DNA of 64,000 nucleotides from positions 18,724,001 to 18,788,000 of the forward strand of contig OZ024763.1 of assembly GCA_964016885.1 (NCBI GenBank), in the 5' to 3' direction. Numbering within the stretch: the stretch's first letter is position 1; every line of letters starts with the position of its first letter. Position numbers and translations under genes: made by a program. This document shows positions 1-13,585 of this stretch, one piece after another. This DNA is from Eledone cirrhosa (lineage: Eukaryota). The notes below the pieces were generated by a model. The model saw only the letters and a program-made list of their open reading frames with translations, searched no databases and was not told the DNA's origin.

Positions 1-83
1 GAGGTGGGGTGGTAGCTAACCTATCCTCTGTTTTATATTTATAAAACTGTTATCTTTCAGATTTAGTAGAGTGATGGAGTTTG

Positions 84-730
84 TCTGGATGTGTGTGTGT
101 GTGGTGTGTGTATGTGTGTGTGTATGAGTGTGGTGCTTATGTGTGTGTGTGTGTGGTGTATATATGTGTAAGTGTATGTATGTGTATGTGGTGTGTGTGT
201 ATGTGTGTGATGTATGTATGTGTATGTGGTGTGAGTGTGTCTGGATGTATGTGTGTGTGGTGTGTGTATGTGTGTGTGTATGAGTGTGGTGCTTATGTGT
301 GTGTGTGTGTGGTGTATATATGTGTAAGTGTATGTATGTGTATGTGGTGTGTGTGTATGTGTGTGGTGTATATATGTGTAAGTGTATGTATGTGTATGTG
401 GTGTGTGAGTATGTGTGTGGTGTATATATGTGTAAGTGGTGTGTGTGTATGTGTGTGGTGTATATATGTGTAAGTGTATGTATGTGTATGTGGTGTGTGT
501 GTGTATGTGTGTGGTGTATATATGTGTAAGTGTATGTATGTGTATGTGGTGTGTGTGTATGTGTGTGGTGTATATATGTGTAAGTGTATGTATGTGTATG
601 TGGTGTGTGTGTATGTGTGTGGTGTATATATGTGTAAGTGTATGTATGTGTATGTGGTGTGTGTGTATGTGTGTGTCTGGATATGTAGGAGTGAATGTGT
701 CTGTGTATGTGTGGGTGTGTATGAGTGTGT
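84..730. repeat. GT-rich ~54-bp minisatellite
   Basis: TAAGTG anchor recurs at 54-bp spacing (581, 635). Confidence 0.85.
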
Positions 731-1169
731 ATGGTGATGGTGGTGGTGGTGGTAGTGGTGATTGTGGTGGTGGTAGAGGTGGTGTTGGTGATTGTAGTGG
801 TGGTGTCGGTGGTGATGGTGGTGGTGGTGATTGTAGTGGTGGTATCGGTGTTGGTGGTGGTAGTGGTGGTGGTGATTGTAGTGGTGGTGTCGGTGATTGT
901 AGTGGTGATGTCGGTGGTGGTGGTGGTGGTGGTAGTGGTGGTGGTGATTGTAGTGGTGGTGTCGGTGATTGTAGTGGTGGTGTCGGTGGTGATGGTGATG
1001 GTGGTGGTGGTGGTGGTGATTGTAGTGGTGGTGGTGGTGGTGATTGTAGCGGTGGTGTCGGTGGTGATGGTGTTGGTGTCGGTGGTGATGGAGTGATGTT
1101 TGAGATGTTTGTTAAATGCCAGTCACCACAGCTATACTGCTGTTGCTAATCCTTCACTGGGTCTCTCTA

Positions 1170-3650
1170 AACAACAACATACACCCTTAACAACAACACA
1201 TACAACAACACACACCTCTCACAACAACAACAACACATACAACAACATACAACATACACCCCTCACAACAACAACACATACAACAACATACAACATACAC
1301 CCCTCACAACAACAACACATACAACAACATACACCCCTCACAACAACAACAAAACAAACAAACAACATGCAACATAAACCCCTCACAACAACAACACATA
1401 CAACAACATACAACATACACCCCTCACAACAACAACACATACAACAACATACAACATACACCCCTCACAACAACAACACATACAACAACATACACTCCTC
1501 ACAACAGCAACACATACAACAACATACAACATACACCCCTCACAACAACAACACATACAACAACATACACCCCTCACAACAACAACACATACAACAACAT
1601 ACACCCCTCACAACAACAACACATACAACAACATACAGCATACACCCCTCACAACAACAACACATACAACAACATACAACATACACCCCTCACAACAAAA
1701 CACATACAACAACATACAACATACACCCCTCACAACAACAACACATACAACAACATACAACATACACCCCTCACAACAACAACACATACAACAACATACA
1801 ACATACACCCCTCACAACAACACATACAACAACATACACCCCTCACAACAACAACACATACAACAACATACAACATACACCCCTCACAACAACAACACAT
1901 ACAACAACATACACCCCTCACAACAACAACACATACAACAACATACAACATACACCCCTCACAAAAACAACACATACAACAACATACAACATACACTCCT
2001 CACAACAACAACACATACAACAACATACAACATACACCCCTCACAACAACAACACATACAACAACATACAACATACACCCCTCACAACAACAACAACATA
2101 TACAACAACATACACCCCTCACAACAACAACACATACAACAACATACACCATACACTCCTCACAACAACAACACATACAACAACATACAACATACACCCC
2201 TCACAACAACAACAACACATACAACAACATACAACATGCACCCCTCACAACAACAACAACAACACATACAACAACATACACCATACACCCCTCACAACAA
2301 CAACACATACAACAACATACAACATACACCCCTTACAACAACAACACATACAACAACATACACCATACACCCCTCACAACAACAACACATACAACAACAT
2401 ACAACATACACCCCTCACAACAACAACACATACAACACCATACACCCCTCACAACAACAACACATACAACAACATACAACATACACCCCTCACAACAACA
2501 ACACATACAACAACATACAACATACACCCCTCACAACAACAACACATACAACAACATACAACATACACCCCTCACAACAACAACAACACATACAACAACA
2601 TACAACATACACCCCTCACAACAACAACACATACAACAACATACAACATACACCCCTCACAACAACAACACATACAACAACATACAACATACACCCCTCA
2701 CAACAACAACACATACAACAACATACAACATACACCCCTCACAACAACAACACATACAACAACATACAACATACACCCCTCACAACAACAACACATACAA
2801 CAACATACAACATACACCCCTCACAACAACAACACATACAACAACATACAACATACACCCCTCACAACAACAACACATACAACAACATACAACATACACC
2901 CCTCACAACAACAACACATACAACAACATACAACATACACCCCTCACAACAACAACACATACAACAACATACAACATACACCCCTCACAACAACAACACA
3001 TACAACAACATACAACATACACCCCTCACAACAACAACACATACAACAACATACAACATACACCCCTCACAACAACAACACATACAACAACATACAACAT
3101 ACACCCCTCACAACAACAACAACACATACAACAACATACAACATACACCCCTCACAACAACAACACATACAACAACATACAACATACACCCCTCACAACA
3201 ACAACACATACAACAACATACAACATACACCCCTCACAACAACAACACATACAACAACATACAACATACACCCTTCACAACAACAACACATACAATAACA
3301 TACAACATACACCCCTCACAACAACAACACATACAACAACATACAACATACACCCTTCACAACAACAACACATACAATAACATACAACATACACCCCTCA
3401 CAACAACAACACATACAACACCATACACCATACACCCCTCACAACAACAACACATACAACAACATACAACATACACCCCTCACAACAACAACACATACAA
3501 CAACATACAACATACACCCCTCACAACAACAACAACACATACAACAACATACAACATACACCCCTCACAACAACAACACATACAACAACATACAACATAC
3601 ACCCTTCACAACAACAACACATACAACAACATACACCCCTCACAACAACA
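1170..3650. repeat. 41-bp CA-rich minisatellite (~60 copies)
   Basis: CCCCTCACAACAACAACACATACAACAACATACAACATACA, period 41. Confidence 0.95.
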
Positions 3651-4384
3651 AGCAATTCAGGGTAGCATTTGAGGAGAGGCTGCAAATGGCGACGGTGTGG
3701 TGAGGGGGTGGGGGTGGCATGAAGAGGTGGTGGTGGCGGCGGTGGTGGAATGAAGGGTGATGGTGGTGATGGTGGTGGTGGCAGCGGCGGTGGAATGAAG
3801 GGCTGGTGGTGGTGGCGGTGGTGGAATGAAGGGTGGTGGTGGTGGAATGAATGGGGTGGGACAATGGCATGGAGGTGAGGGTTTTAGAAAGAGAGAGAGA
3901 GAGAGTGGTAGGGTGGGGAGTGGGGCTGTGGGTGGGGAGTGGGGCTGTGGGTGAGGAAGGATTGGGTAATTTTTATGAAAATGTAAAGAAGGGAAATGTA
4001 TTTATATATATCACCATCATCATCATCGCTGTCATCATCGTCGCTATCAACATCATCATCATCATCATCATTATCATCATTGTCATCATTCATCAGCATC
4101 ATCACTACAACCTTCTTCATCCCCCACCACCATCATCACCATCACTATCACCATCATTTTCCTCATCATCATCATCATCACCATCATCATCATCATTATC
4201 ACCATCACCATTTAATGTCAGTTTTCTCTGCTAGTGAGAGTGTTATCTTGAGCAAGACACTTCATTACATGTTGCTGCTGTTCATGTTAAGATCCCCCAC
4301 CCCTTACCCCACCCTATCATTAAAACACCTGAGAAAGAAGAAATCTCCTATCTGATTTAACCTTGTTGGAGGCTAGCCAAAACC

Positions 4385-4832
4385 TACGAGGGGGTGCTGG
4401 AAAGTTCCTGGCTTTAAGGGTAGAACTGTTACCTTTGCAGGGGAGGTAGGACCGCTGCAGTAAATGCGTGAATCTGAGAGAGGAATATGCTGAATAAAAT
4501 CATAATTAACTGATCCTCCTGTATTTTCTTTTAACTGATCCTCCTATATTTTAACTGATCCTCCTATATTTCAACTGATCCTCCTATATTTTAACTGATG
4601 CTTCCCCATTTTAACTGATCTTCCTATATTTTAACTGATCCTCCTATATTTTAACTGATCCTTCCATATTTTAACTGATCCTCCTATATTTTAACTGATC
4701 CTCCTATATTTCAACTGATGCTCCTATATTTCAACTGATCCTCCTATATTTTAACTGATCCTCCCGAATTTTAACTGATCCTCCTATATTTACTTTTACC
4801 CAAAACCTGGAACCTTTCAGCACCCCCTCATA
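4385..4832. mobile_element. Mariner-type MITE with internal 20-bp minisatellite
   Basis: TIRs TACGAGGGGGTGCTGGAAAGTTCC / GGAACCTTTCAGCACCCCCTCATA; ~14 copies of TTAACTGATCCTCCTATATT inside. Confidence 0.75.
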
Positions 4833-5760
4833 CATAGGTGTGAGCTGTAAATCTTATTTCTTTTCAATAAAGATCAATAGGGAATGGCTGTAGCTTAAAC
4901 ATCTTTGATTATTGATTTTGCCTAATTGAGGTTTGGTCCAGTTGTACATTAAAGAATAAGGTACAGTTTTAAACCAAATCCTTTCTTAGATAAATATCTA
5001 TTGTTTGATGTTATGTGTGCCAGTTCAAGACAGCTGGATCAAAACTGACCTAGGGAGGAGATAAACAATAGGATGGTCACATCTGGAACATCTTTCGATC
5101 ATAGGTTTGCTGGATCAAGGCTGTTTACCTGGGACTATCTTTTGAGCCGAGGTCTACTAGATTCAGCCTGCTGGATAAAGACTGAGCTGCTGTGGGTCTA
5201 AACAATACGATGGTCATAGCTGAAATATCTTTTGAGCCTAGGTCCACTGGATCAAGGCTGTTCGATCAAGACTAAGCTGGTGGTGAGCAGGCTAAACAAT
5301 GTTATGATCACAGCTGTAACATCTTTTGATCATAGGTCTCCTGGATCAATGTTGCCTTGAGGTTAAACAGCAGGATAGTCATAGCTGAAATACATTTTGA
5401 GCCTAGGTCCACTGGGTCAAGACTGCTGGATCAAGGCTGTTGGATCAAGACTAAGCTGGTGGTGGTGGTGGTGGTGGTGGGTAGGCTAAACAACATTATG
5501 ATCACAGCTGTAACATCTTTTGATCACAGGTCAGCTGGATCTATGTTGACCTGGGGCTAAACAACAACAACAACTAGTGATGTATCATAAATAATGTGAG
5601 GATGTTATCAGGTTACATGACCAAATATCCAGACCAAGAAACCTGAGATCAGAGAACAGAAAACAAGACTAAACTCATTGATCCACAATATCCTGCTATC
5701 AGTTCTTCTGTAATTGATATGTATTAATATCCTCTGTGTGTGTGTGTGTGTGTGTGTCCT

Positions 5761-5801
<41 letters not shown>

Positions 5802-6339
5802 CCTTGTGTGTTTGTGTGTGTGGGTGTTCTGTGTGTGTGTGTGATGTGGTGTGTGTCCTTGTGTTTGTGTGTGTATGGTGTGTGTGCTTGTGGTGTGTGT
5901 CCTTGTGTGTTTGTGGTGTGTGTTTATGGTGTGTTTGTGTGTGTTTGTGTGTTTGTGGGTTCTGTATGTCCTTGTGTGTGTGTGTGTTTGTGTCTCCTTG
6001 ATTATGTGCTGTCACACACGAGTGTGTGTGAATGTGTGTGTGTGTGTGTCCCTATCCTTGTTTGTGCATGTGTTTGTATGCACCTATGTAATTGAAACTG
6101 TGTGTCACTGTCACTATGTGTGTGTGTATGCATCTTTGTCCTTATATGTGTGTGTTGGTGGTGATGATGATGATAGTGATTGTGGAGGGCACTGATTGGG
6201 TTGGGAAGATATGCTATATCTGGTTTCAGGCATTTTGATGTGTGTGTGTATCTGTATATGTGTATATATGTATGTATATATATATATACATTATATATAT
6301 ATGTACACATATGTATATATATATATGTATATATATATG

Positions 6340-6560
6340 TGTGGTGTGCCTGGAAATGCCAGTTGAAGGAAGACGTGGTAGAGGTAGACCACGAAAAAAC
6401 ATGGGCGGCGGTGGTGAGAACAGACCTCAGATCGCTGAAGCTCACGGTGGAGATGACGAAGGACCGTGACAAGTGGAGAGATACTGTGCTGAATAAGACC
6501 CGTCCCACCCTTGCAAGCAGGGAAAAGCGGACGTAAAATGATGATGATGATGATGATGAT
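6340..6560 (+). mobile_element. RTE LINE 3' fragment
   Basis: VEGRRGRGRPRKTW...DRDKWR peptide; GCAAGCAGGGAAAAGCGGACGTAAAA(TGA)n tail. Confidence 0.75.
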
Positions 6561-6619
6561 GATAATAATGATGATTGCATGTGTGTGTATGTATGTATGT
6601 ATCTATTAAACTCTCACAC

Positions 6620-7230
6620 CACATCATCATCATCATCATCGTTTAACGTCCGTGTTCCATGCTTGCATGGGTTTGGACGGGAGTTTTCCCACTTGAGGCA
6701 AGAGTGGTTGTCTTGCTCGCATAGGACTGTCTGGCGGGTTTTCTACAGTTGGATGCCCTTCCTAACACCAACCACATTTACAGTGTGGGTCTGGGAGGTT
6801 TTTATCGTGTTGCCTACACGGCCACATTACAGCGTGGACTGTCTGGCAGGTTTTCTACAGCTGGATGCCCTTCCTAACACCAACCACATTTACAGTGTGG
6901 GGCTGGGAGGTTTTTACCGTGTTGCCTACACGGCCACATTACAGCGTGGACTGTCTGGCAGGTTTTCTACAGCTGGATGCCCTTCCTAACACCAACCACA
7001 TTTACAGTGTGGGACTGGGACGTTTTTACCGTGTTGCCTACACGGCCACATTACAGCGTGGACTGTGTGTTTTTTTTTGTCGTGACACCTACACGATCTC
7101 ATTTGTTTCGGCCTGGATTTTGTGGCACCAACATAACTTTACATTGAAAGGGGCGGTGTGGATGGGGTGGGGGTGGTGGGACGGGGGTGTATTTTGTTAG
7201 AGATGCCTACTGACTGTAGTAGGTTTTACT
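6620..7230 (-). mobile_element. RTE LINE 3'UTR fragment with internal ~112-bp triplication
   Basis: Matches 36805-37190; the unit containing GGATGCCCTTCCTAACACCAACC occurs 3 times. Confidence 0.8.
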
Positions 7231-7411
7231 AATCTATGTCAACATAGGGAATGTAAAGTTATCTCATTTGTGCCTGGTCATCTATTTGATAAACACACCT
7301 AGTACACTCTGTAATATGGTTGGTGTAGAAAACCTGCAATACAAAAGGTCAGGATGACTCTTCAGTTGTGTCAAAGACATGACAAAAGCCTTAGTACCAA
7401 TGCCATGTTAA

Positions 7412-7616
7412 CCCTTTAGTATTTACATTACTCTATATATTTTATTGTATTTTTGTGATAAAGGCTTTATCGCACATAATATTGAATCTATGAAATTTTT
7501 TTATTTATTTTGAGAAAAATACCTTAACGCCAGTATGAGTGGCCAGTTATGGCTGGTTTGAACAGAAAGGAGTGAGAGAATCCTGACCGGATATGGCCGG
7601 TTTAAATGCTAAAGGG
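7412..7616. mobile_element. piggyBac-type MITE (family copy 1)
   Basis: TTAA|CCCTTTAG...CTAAAGGG|TCAA; related copies at 23519, 34967, 51725, 55541. Confidence 0.7.
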
Positions 7617-7894
7617 TCAATATCCATTCGATAGTATGCAGGATCATATGTAGGTGAGATGTGAGCCGCTGGCTCATTTGAGTGATCAGTCGCTGTGAAG
7701 ATTCCTCCACCCCTTGATAGCAGAGAAGGTAAACATTAAAGGAAGATGATTATATATATCCCACCCTTGCAAGCAAGGAAAATGATGATGAAGATATATA
7801 TATATTTATTTAAAAAAAAATCTAATTGAGTAATTCACACGCAAGGTTAAAATTGTTGAAAAAATTAATTGACCCACGTGTATATTATTTTAAA

Positions 7895-8032
7895 TCCTTG
7901 TGTTTCGCGATTACCTCCCCTTTCCGCTTGAAGACAGTGTGAGACTCCTCATTCTGAGACTGCTGGAATTTCAAATTTGGCGGTCATTCTGATACGGAGA
8001 GAGACAATCGCTGACATGGGATTAAAACATCG
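7895..8032 (+). promoter_or_regulatory. Candidate promoter/first (mostly non-coding) exon
   Basis: Unique, relatively CpG-containing island amid repeats, ending in strong donor CG|GTAAGA. Contains an ATG at 8016 (MGLKH). Linkage to the downstream gene is inferred only. Confidence 0.3.
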
Positions 8033-8517
8033 GTAAGAGAATTTTTTTTATATCGATGTTTGACGGGCATCCACTGATGATTTATAAGTGCCCACCTGCA
8101 TATATTCCTACGGAATGTTGTGAAGGCGTCTAAATAACCCGGACACATTCTCCCAACTTGTAGAAAACTTATAATGAAACAATTGTTTGGAAAAGGAGAT
8201 ATATTTTAATTATGTCTCATATAAAATAATACAACTGGCTATCCGCAAAATACATATCGTTAGCACCCCAAACGTAAAATTGGGATTATACTAAGGTATA
8301 TCCTAATGTTTGTTGAGTGAGATGGAAGCCAGTCAGAGTATAGCTTAAGGCTTTCTCTGTTAATGTATTGAGTATATATAATATATATATATATAGCATC
8401 GACAGTTCTCCAAGAGATGGCAACATGAATGGATCTGTTATTTTTTTCTAAAAAAATGTTTTTCCGATTCCGCTCTGCCCATCCCCTCAATCTTTCTATT
8501 TTCTATTTCTTATTCTT

Positions 8518-8553
8518 TCTTCTGATGAAGGACTAGTGCCCGAAACGTTAAGA
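8518..8553 (+). ncRNA. Minimal type I hammerhead ribozyme motif
   Basis: UCUU-CUGAUGA-[short stem II]-GAA-ACGU-U^-AAGA; palindromic stem III ACGU; stem I UCUU/AAGA. Confidence 0.65.
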
Positions 8554-8644
8554 CCTTCTTCCTGCTATTTCAAGCATTATACTAATATATTCCTTCCATA
8601 TACTGTGCCGTTTGTTTTGATATTTCTCTTTACCTTTTACATAC

Positions 8645-8707
<63 letters not shown>

Positions 8708-8947
8708 TATAGATTAGTTTTATAAATAAATATTGACATACCCTGAAAAATGCAACCTACACGGTTGGAGTATATTATATTTTATCTGATGAAAGTGCAC
8801 CATAATCTGCCTTGGTGGCCCTTGAAATATATATATATATAACTTTAAAATAGATTAAAAGCACTCAACAAAGAAATTTTTCCTGGAGTTTTTAATATTA
8901 TTCAAAATATTAACAAATGAAGATATTCACATAATTAAAATATATGC

Positions 8948-9007
8948 TTTATTATATATATTTCAAAGGTACTGTGTTGTTTTTTCAGTACGTCCTCGTC
9001 AGATAAA
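8948..9007 (-). ncRNA. Type I hammerhead ribozyme motif
   Basis: UUUAU-CUGACGA-GGAC GUACUG..CAGUAC CUUU-GAA-AUAUAUAU-A^-AUAAA. Confidence 0.65.
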
Positions 9008-9029
9008 ATATATAATTTGATATATGACA

Positions 9030-9240
9030 TACCTCTTTTTTGCCGTGACACCTCCGCGACCACTTTGCAGTGGGAGGGTGTGGGGGCATATTGTCTATAT
9101 GCTTCTGCTTCAGCTTGTATCCACAGGGGGTCGGGTATTCTGTATTACTGTGTGACGCCAGAGGTCATGGTCGTGTTTCATCGACTTTGAGAGGTGTAAT
9201 TGGGTAAGGTCGGCTTTTATCACCTCGTCCCAGGTCTTCA
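9030..9240 (-). mobile_element. RTE LINE internal/3' fragment
   Basis: Near-identical to 17045-17240. Confidence 0.75.
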
Positions 9241-9471
9241 ATCAGGACCACATCAAATTGAGACACAACAGACCAACAATTTCTATATTTATATTTGTTC
9301 CATAGTATACTATGACACCATCTAGCAAAATATAACACAACTAAATAACATAAAAACTTTGATATAACAAAGAGTGCTTCATTAACAAGCTGCTGGATGT
9401 AGTATTTTGATTGGACCCTGTCCTTGTGGTTGTGTTTATTGTCTATATAGAAAATTATATATTTCCCTTTA

Positions 9472-9665
9472 GGGCGGTGAATTGGCAGTATCGGTAGAGG
9501 GTTGGACGCCATGCTTTGACGCATAGAGTTACGGCCCTTGCCATTCTGAGTTCAAATCCCGTCGAGGTTAACTTTGCCTTTCATCCTAACGGGGTTCGAT
9601 AAAATAAAGTACCAGTAATACACTGGGGTAATTGCTGGCCTTGTGCCTATTGTAGAAACAATTAT
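9472..9665 (+). mobile_element. tRNA-derived SINE (major family) with target-site duplication
   Basis: A/B-box-like TGGCAGTATCGG...GAGTTCAAATCCC, central GCCTTTCATCCT..GGGGTCGATAAAATAAAGTACCAG, tail GGCCTTGTGCC..AGAAAC; flanked by ATTAT(A/T)TATTTCCCTT. Confidence 0.85.
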
Positions 9666-9856
9666 TTATTTCCCTTCTTATACTTGACCTTTTTGTGATA
9701 TCTTTGTGTTGGAATTTGTAGGAATTTGTGAGTGAATGTGTGAATGTGTTGATGTGCAGAGCATGGCCCAGCTGCAGCAGTGCCTTAATGACCAGTGTCT
9801 GCTTGGGTCTCCCCATATATCTTGGTCAGCCTGTCAACTATCAGAAGACCCTCCTG

Positions 9857-12759
9857 TATAGGCAATGTGAGTGTATATATATATGGTGTGTGTATATATA
9901 GGCAATGTGAGTGTATATATATGTGGTGTGTGTATATATATAGGCAATGTGAGTGTATATATATGTGGTGTGTATATATAGGCAATGTGAGTGTATATAT
10001 ATGTGGTGTGTATATATATAGGCAATGTGAGTGTATATATATGTGGTGTGTGTATATATATAGGCAATGTGAGTGTATATATATGTGGTGTGTGTATATA
10101 TAGGCAATGTGAGTGTATATATATGTGGTGTGTGTATATATATAGGCAATGTGAGTGTATATATGTGGTGTGTGTATATATAGGCAATGTGAGTGTATAT
10201 ATATGTGGTGTGTGTATATATAGGCAATGTGAGTGTATATATATGTGGTGAGTGTATATATATGTGGTGTGTATATATATAGGCAATGTGAGTGTATATA
10301 TATATGTGGTATATGTATATATATAGGCAATGTGAGTGTATATATATATGTGGTGTGTGTATATATATAGGCAATGTGAGTGTATATATATGTGGTGTGT
10401 GTATATATAGGCAATGTGAGTGTATATATATGTGGTGTGTATATATATAGGCAATGTGAGTGTATATATGTGGTGTGTGTATATATATAGGCAATGTGAG
10501 TGTATATATATATAGGCAATGTGAGTGTATATATATATGTGGTGTGTGTATATATATAGGCAATGTGAGTGTATATATATGTGGTGTGTATATATATAGG
10601 CAATGTGAGTGTATATATATATGTGGTGTGTGTATATATATAGGCAATGTGAGTGTATATATATGTGGTGTGTATATATATAGGCAATGTGAGTGTATAT
10701 ATATGTGGTGTGTATATATATAGGCAATGTGTGTGTATATATATGTGGTGTGTGTATATATATTGGCAATGTGAGTGTATATATATTGGCAATGTGAGTG
10801 TATATATATAGGCAATGTGAGTGTATATATATATGTGGTGTGTGTATATATAGGCAATGTGAGTGTATATATATATGGTGAGTGTATATATATGTGGTGT
10901 GTATATATATAGGCAATGTGAATGTATATATATATGTGGTGTGTGTATATATATAGGCAATGTGAGTGTATATATATGTGGTGAGTGTATATATATGTGG
11001 TGTGTATATATATAGGCAATGTGAGTGTATATATATGTGGTGTGTGTATATATATAGGCAATGTGAGTGTATATATATATGTGGTGTGTGTATATATAGG
11101 CAATGTGAGTGTATATATATGTGGTGAGTGTATATATATGTGGTGTGTATATATATAGGCAATGTGAGTGTATATATATGTGGTGTGTGTATATATATGT
11201 GGTGTGTATATATATAGGCAATGTGAGTGTATATATATATGTGGTGTGTGTATATATATAGGCAATGTGAGTGTATATATATGTGGTGAGTGTATATATA
11301 TGTGGTGTATATATATAGGCAATGTGAGTGTATATATATATGTGTGTGTGTATATATATAGGCAATGTGTATATATATAGGCAATGTGAGTGTATATATA
11401 TGTGGTGTGTATATATAGGCAATGTGAGTGTATATATATGTGGTGTGTATATATATAGGCAATGTGAGTGTATATATATATGTGGTGTGTGTATATATAT
11501 AGGCAATGTGTATATATATAGGCAATGTGAGTGTATATATATGTGGTGTGTGTATATATATATGTGGTGTGTATATATATAGGCAATGTGAGTGTATATA
11601 TATATAGGCAATGTGAGTGTATATATATATAGGCAATGTGAATGTATATATATATGTGGTGTGTATATATATAGGCAATGTGAGTGTATATATATGTGGT
11701 GTGTATATATATAGGCAATGTGAGTGTATATATATATGTGGTGTGTGTATATATATTGGCAATGTGAGTGTATATATATAGGCAATGTGAGTGTATATAT
11801 ATATGTGGTGTGTGTATATATATAGGCAATGTGAGTGTATATATATGTGGTGTGTGTATATATATAGGCAATGTGAGTGTATATATATATAGGCAATGTG
11901 AGTGTATATATATGTGGTGTGTGTATATATATAGGCAATGTGAGTGTATATATATGTGGTGTGTGTATATATATAGGCAATGTGAGTGTATATATATGTG
12001 GTGTGTGTATATATATAGGCAATGTGAGTGTATATATATATAGGCAATGTGAGTGTATATATATGTGGTGTGTATATATAGGCAATGTGAGTGTATATAT
12101 ATGTGGTGTGTGTATATATATAGGCAATGTGAGTGTATATATATATAGGCAATGTGAGTGTATATATATATGTGGTGTGTGTATATATATAGGCAATGTG
12201 TGTGTATATATATGTGGTGTGTGTATATATATAGGCAATGTGAGTGTATATATATATAGGCAATGTGAGTGTATATATATATGTGGTGTGTGTATATATA
12301 TAGGCAATGTGTGTGTATATATATGTGGTGAGTGTATATATATGTGGTGTGTATATATATAGGCAATGTGAGTGTATATATATGTGGTGTGTGTATATAT
12401 ATAGGCAATGTGAGTGTATATATATGTGGTGTGTATATATAGGCAATGTGAGTGTATATATATGTGGTGTGTGTATATATAGGCAATGTGAGTGTATATA
12501 TATGTGGTGAGTGTATATATAGGCAATGTGAGTGTATATATATGTGGTGTGTGTATATATATAGGCAATGTGAGTGTATATATATATAGGCAATGTGAAT
12601 GTATATATATATGTGGTGTGTGTATATATATATATGGTGTGTGTATATATATGTGGTGTGTGTATATATATATATGGTGTGTGTATATATATGTGGTGTG
12701 TATATATATAGGCAATGTGAGTGTATATATATGTGGTGTGTGTATATATATAGGCAATT

Positions 12760-12760
<1 letters not shown>
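9857..12760. repeat. ~40-bp minisatellite AGGCAATGTGAGTG(TA)nTGTGGTG(TG)n(TA)n
   Basis: Direct inspection; variable internal microsatellites. Confidence 0.95.
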
Positions 12761-12794
<34 letters not shown>

Positions 12795-12843
12795 GTAGTA
12801 TAACCAGTCTAACCCATGCTAGCGTGGAAGATAGACGTTAAAC

Positions 12844-12875
<32 letters not shown>

Positions 12876-12879
12876 GTGT

Positions 12880-13585
12880 ATGGGTGTATATATAGGCAGT
12901 ATATGTGTGATTATATAGACATGTGTGCATATATAGGCAATATATGTGTGTATATATAGGCAAGTATGTGTGTGTATATATAGACAATGTATGTGTATAT
13001 ATATAGACAATATATGTGTGTATATATAGACAATATATGGAGGTATATATAGACATTATATGTGTGTATATATAAGCATTATATGTGGGTATATATAGAC
13101 ATATGTGTGTATATATATATAGACATTATATGTGGGTATATATAGACATTATATGTGTATATATAGACAATATATGTGTATATATAGACAATATATGTGG
13201 GTATATATAGACAATATATGTGGGTATATATAGACATACGTTTGTATATATAGACATTATATGTCGGTATATATATAGACATTATATGTGGGTATATATA
13301 GACAATATGTGGGTATATATAGACAATATGTGGGTATATATAGACATATATGGGTATATATAGACAATATGTGTATATAGACAATATATGTGTGTATATT
13401 TAGACAATATATGTGTGTATATAGACAATATATGTGTGTATATATAGACATATGTGGGTATATATAGACAATATATGTGTGTATATAGACAATATATGTG
13501 TGTATATAGACATATGTGGGTATATATAGACAATATATGTGTGTATATAGACAATATATGTGTGTATATAGACATATGTGGGTAT
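12880..13585. repeat. ~22-bp minisatellite TAGACAATATATGTGTGTATA
   Basis: Direct inspection; related to the adjacent 40-bp array. Confidence 0.85.

Noticed and set aside
1105-1167. Possible minus-strand terminal exon (RPSEGLATAV*) and other short unique islands at 61, 3655, 14230, 30780, 39290
   Set aside because: Splice-like signals are present but no consistent exon chain or recognisable peptide.
1100-3672. 732-aa and 478-aa His/Thr/Gln/Asn-rich ORFs
   Set aside because: Read-through of a 41-bp minisatellite (period not a multiple of 3, open in several frames).
9472-9570. tRNA genes
   Set aside because: tRNA-like A/B boxes are SINE heads continuing into SINE core and tail; no convincing cloverleaf.
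9785-12757. 880-990-aa ORFs in all three minus frames
   Set aside because: Minisatellite lacking stop codons; no coding signature.
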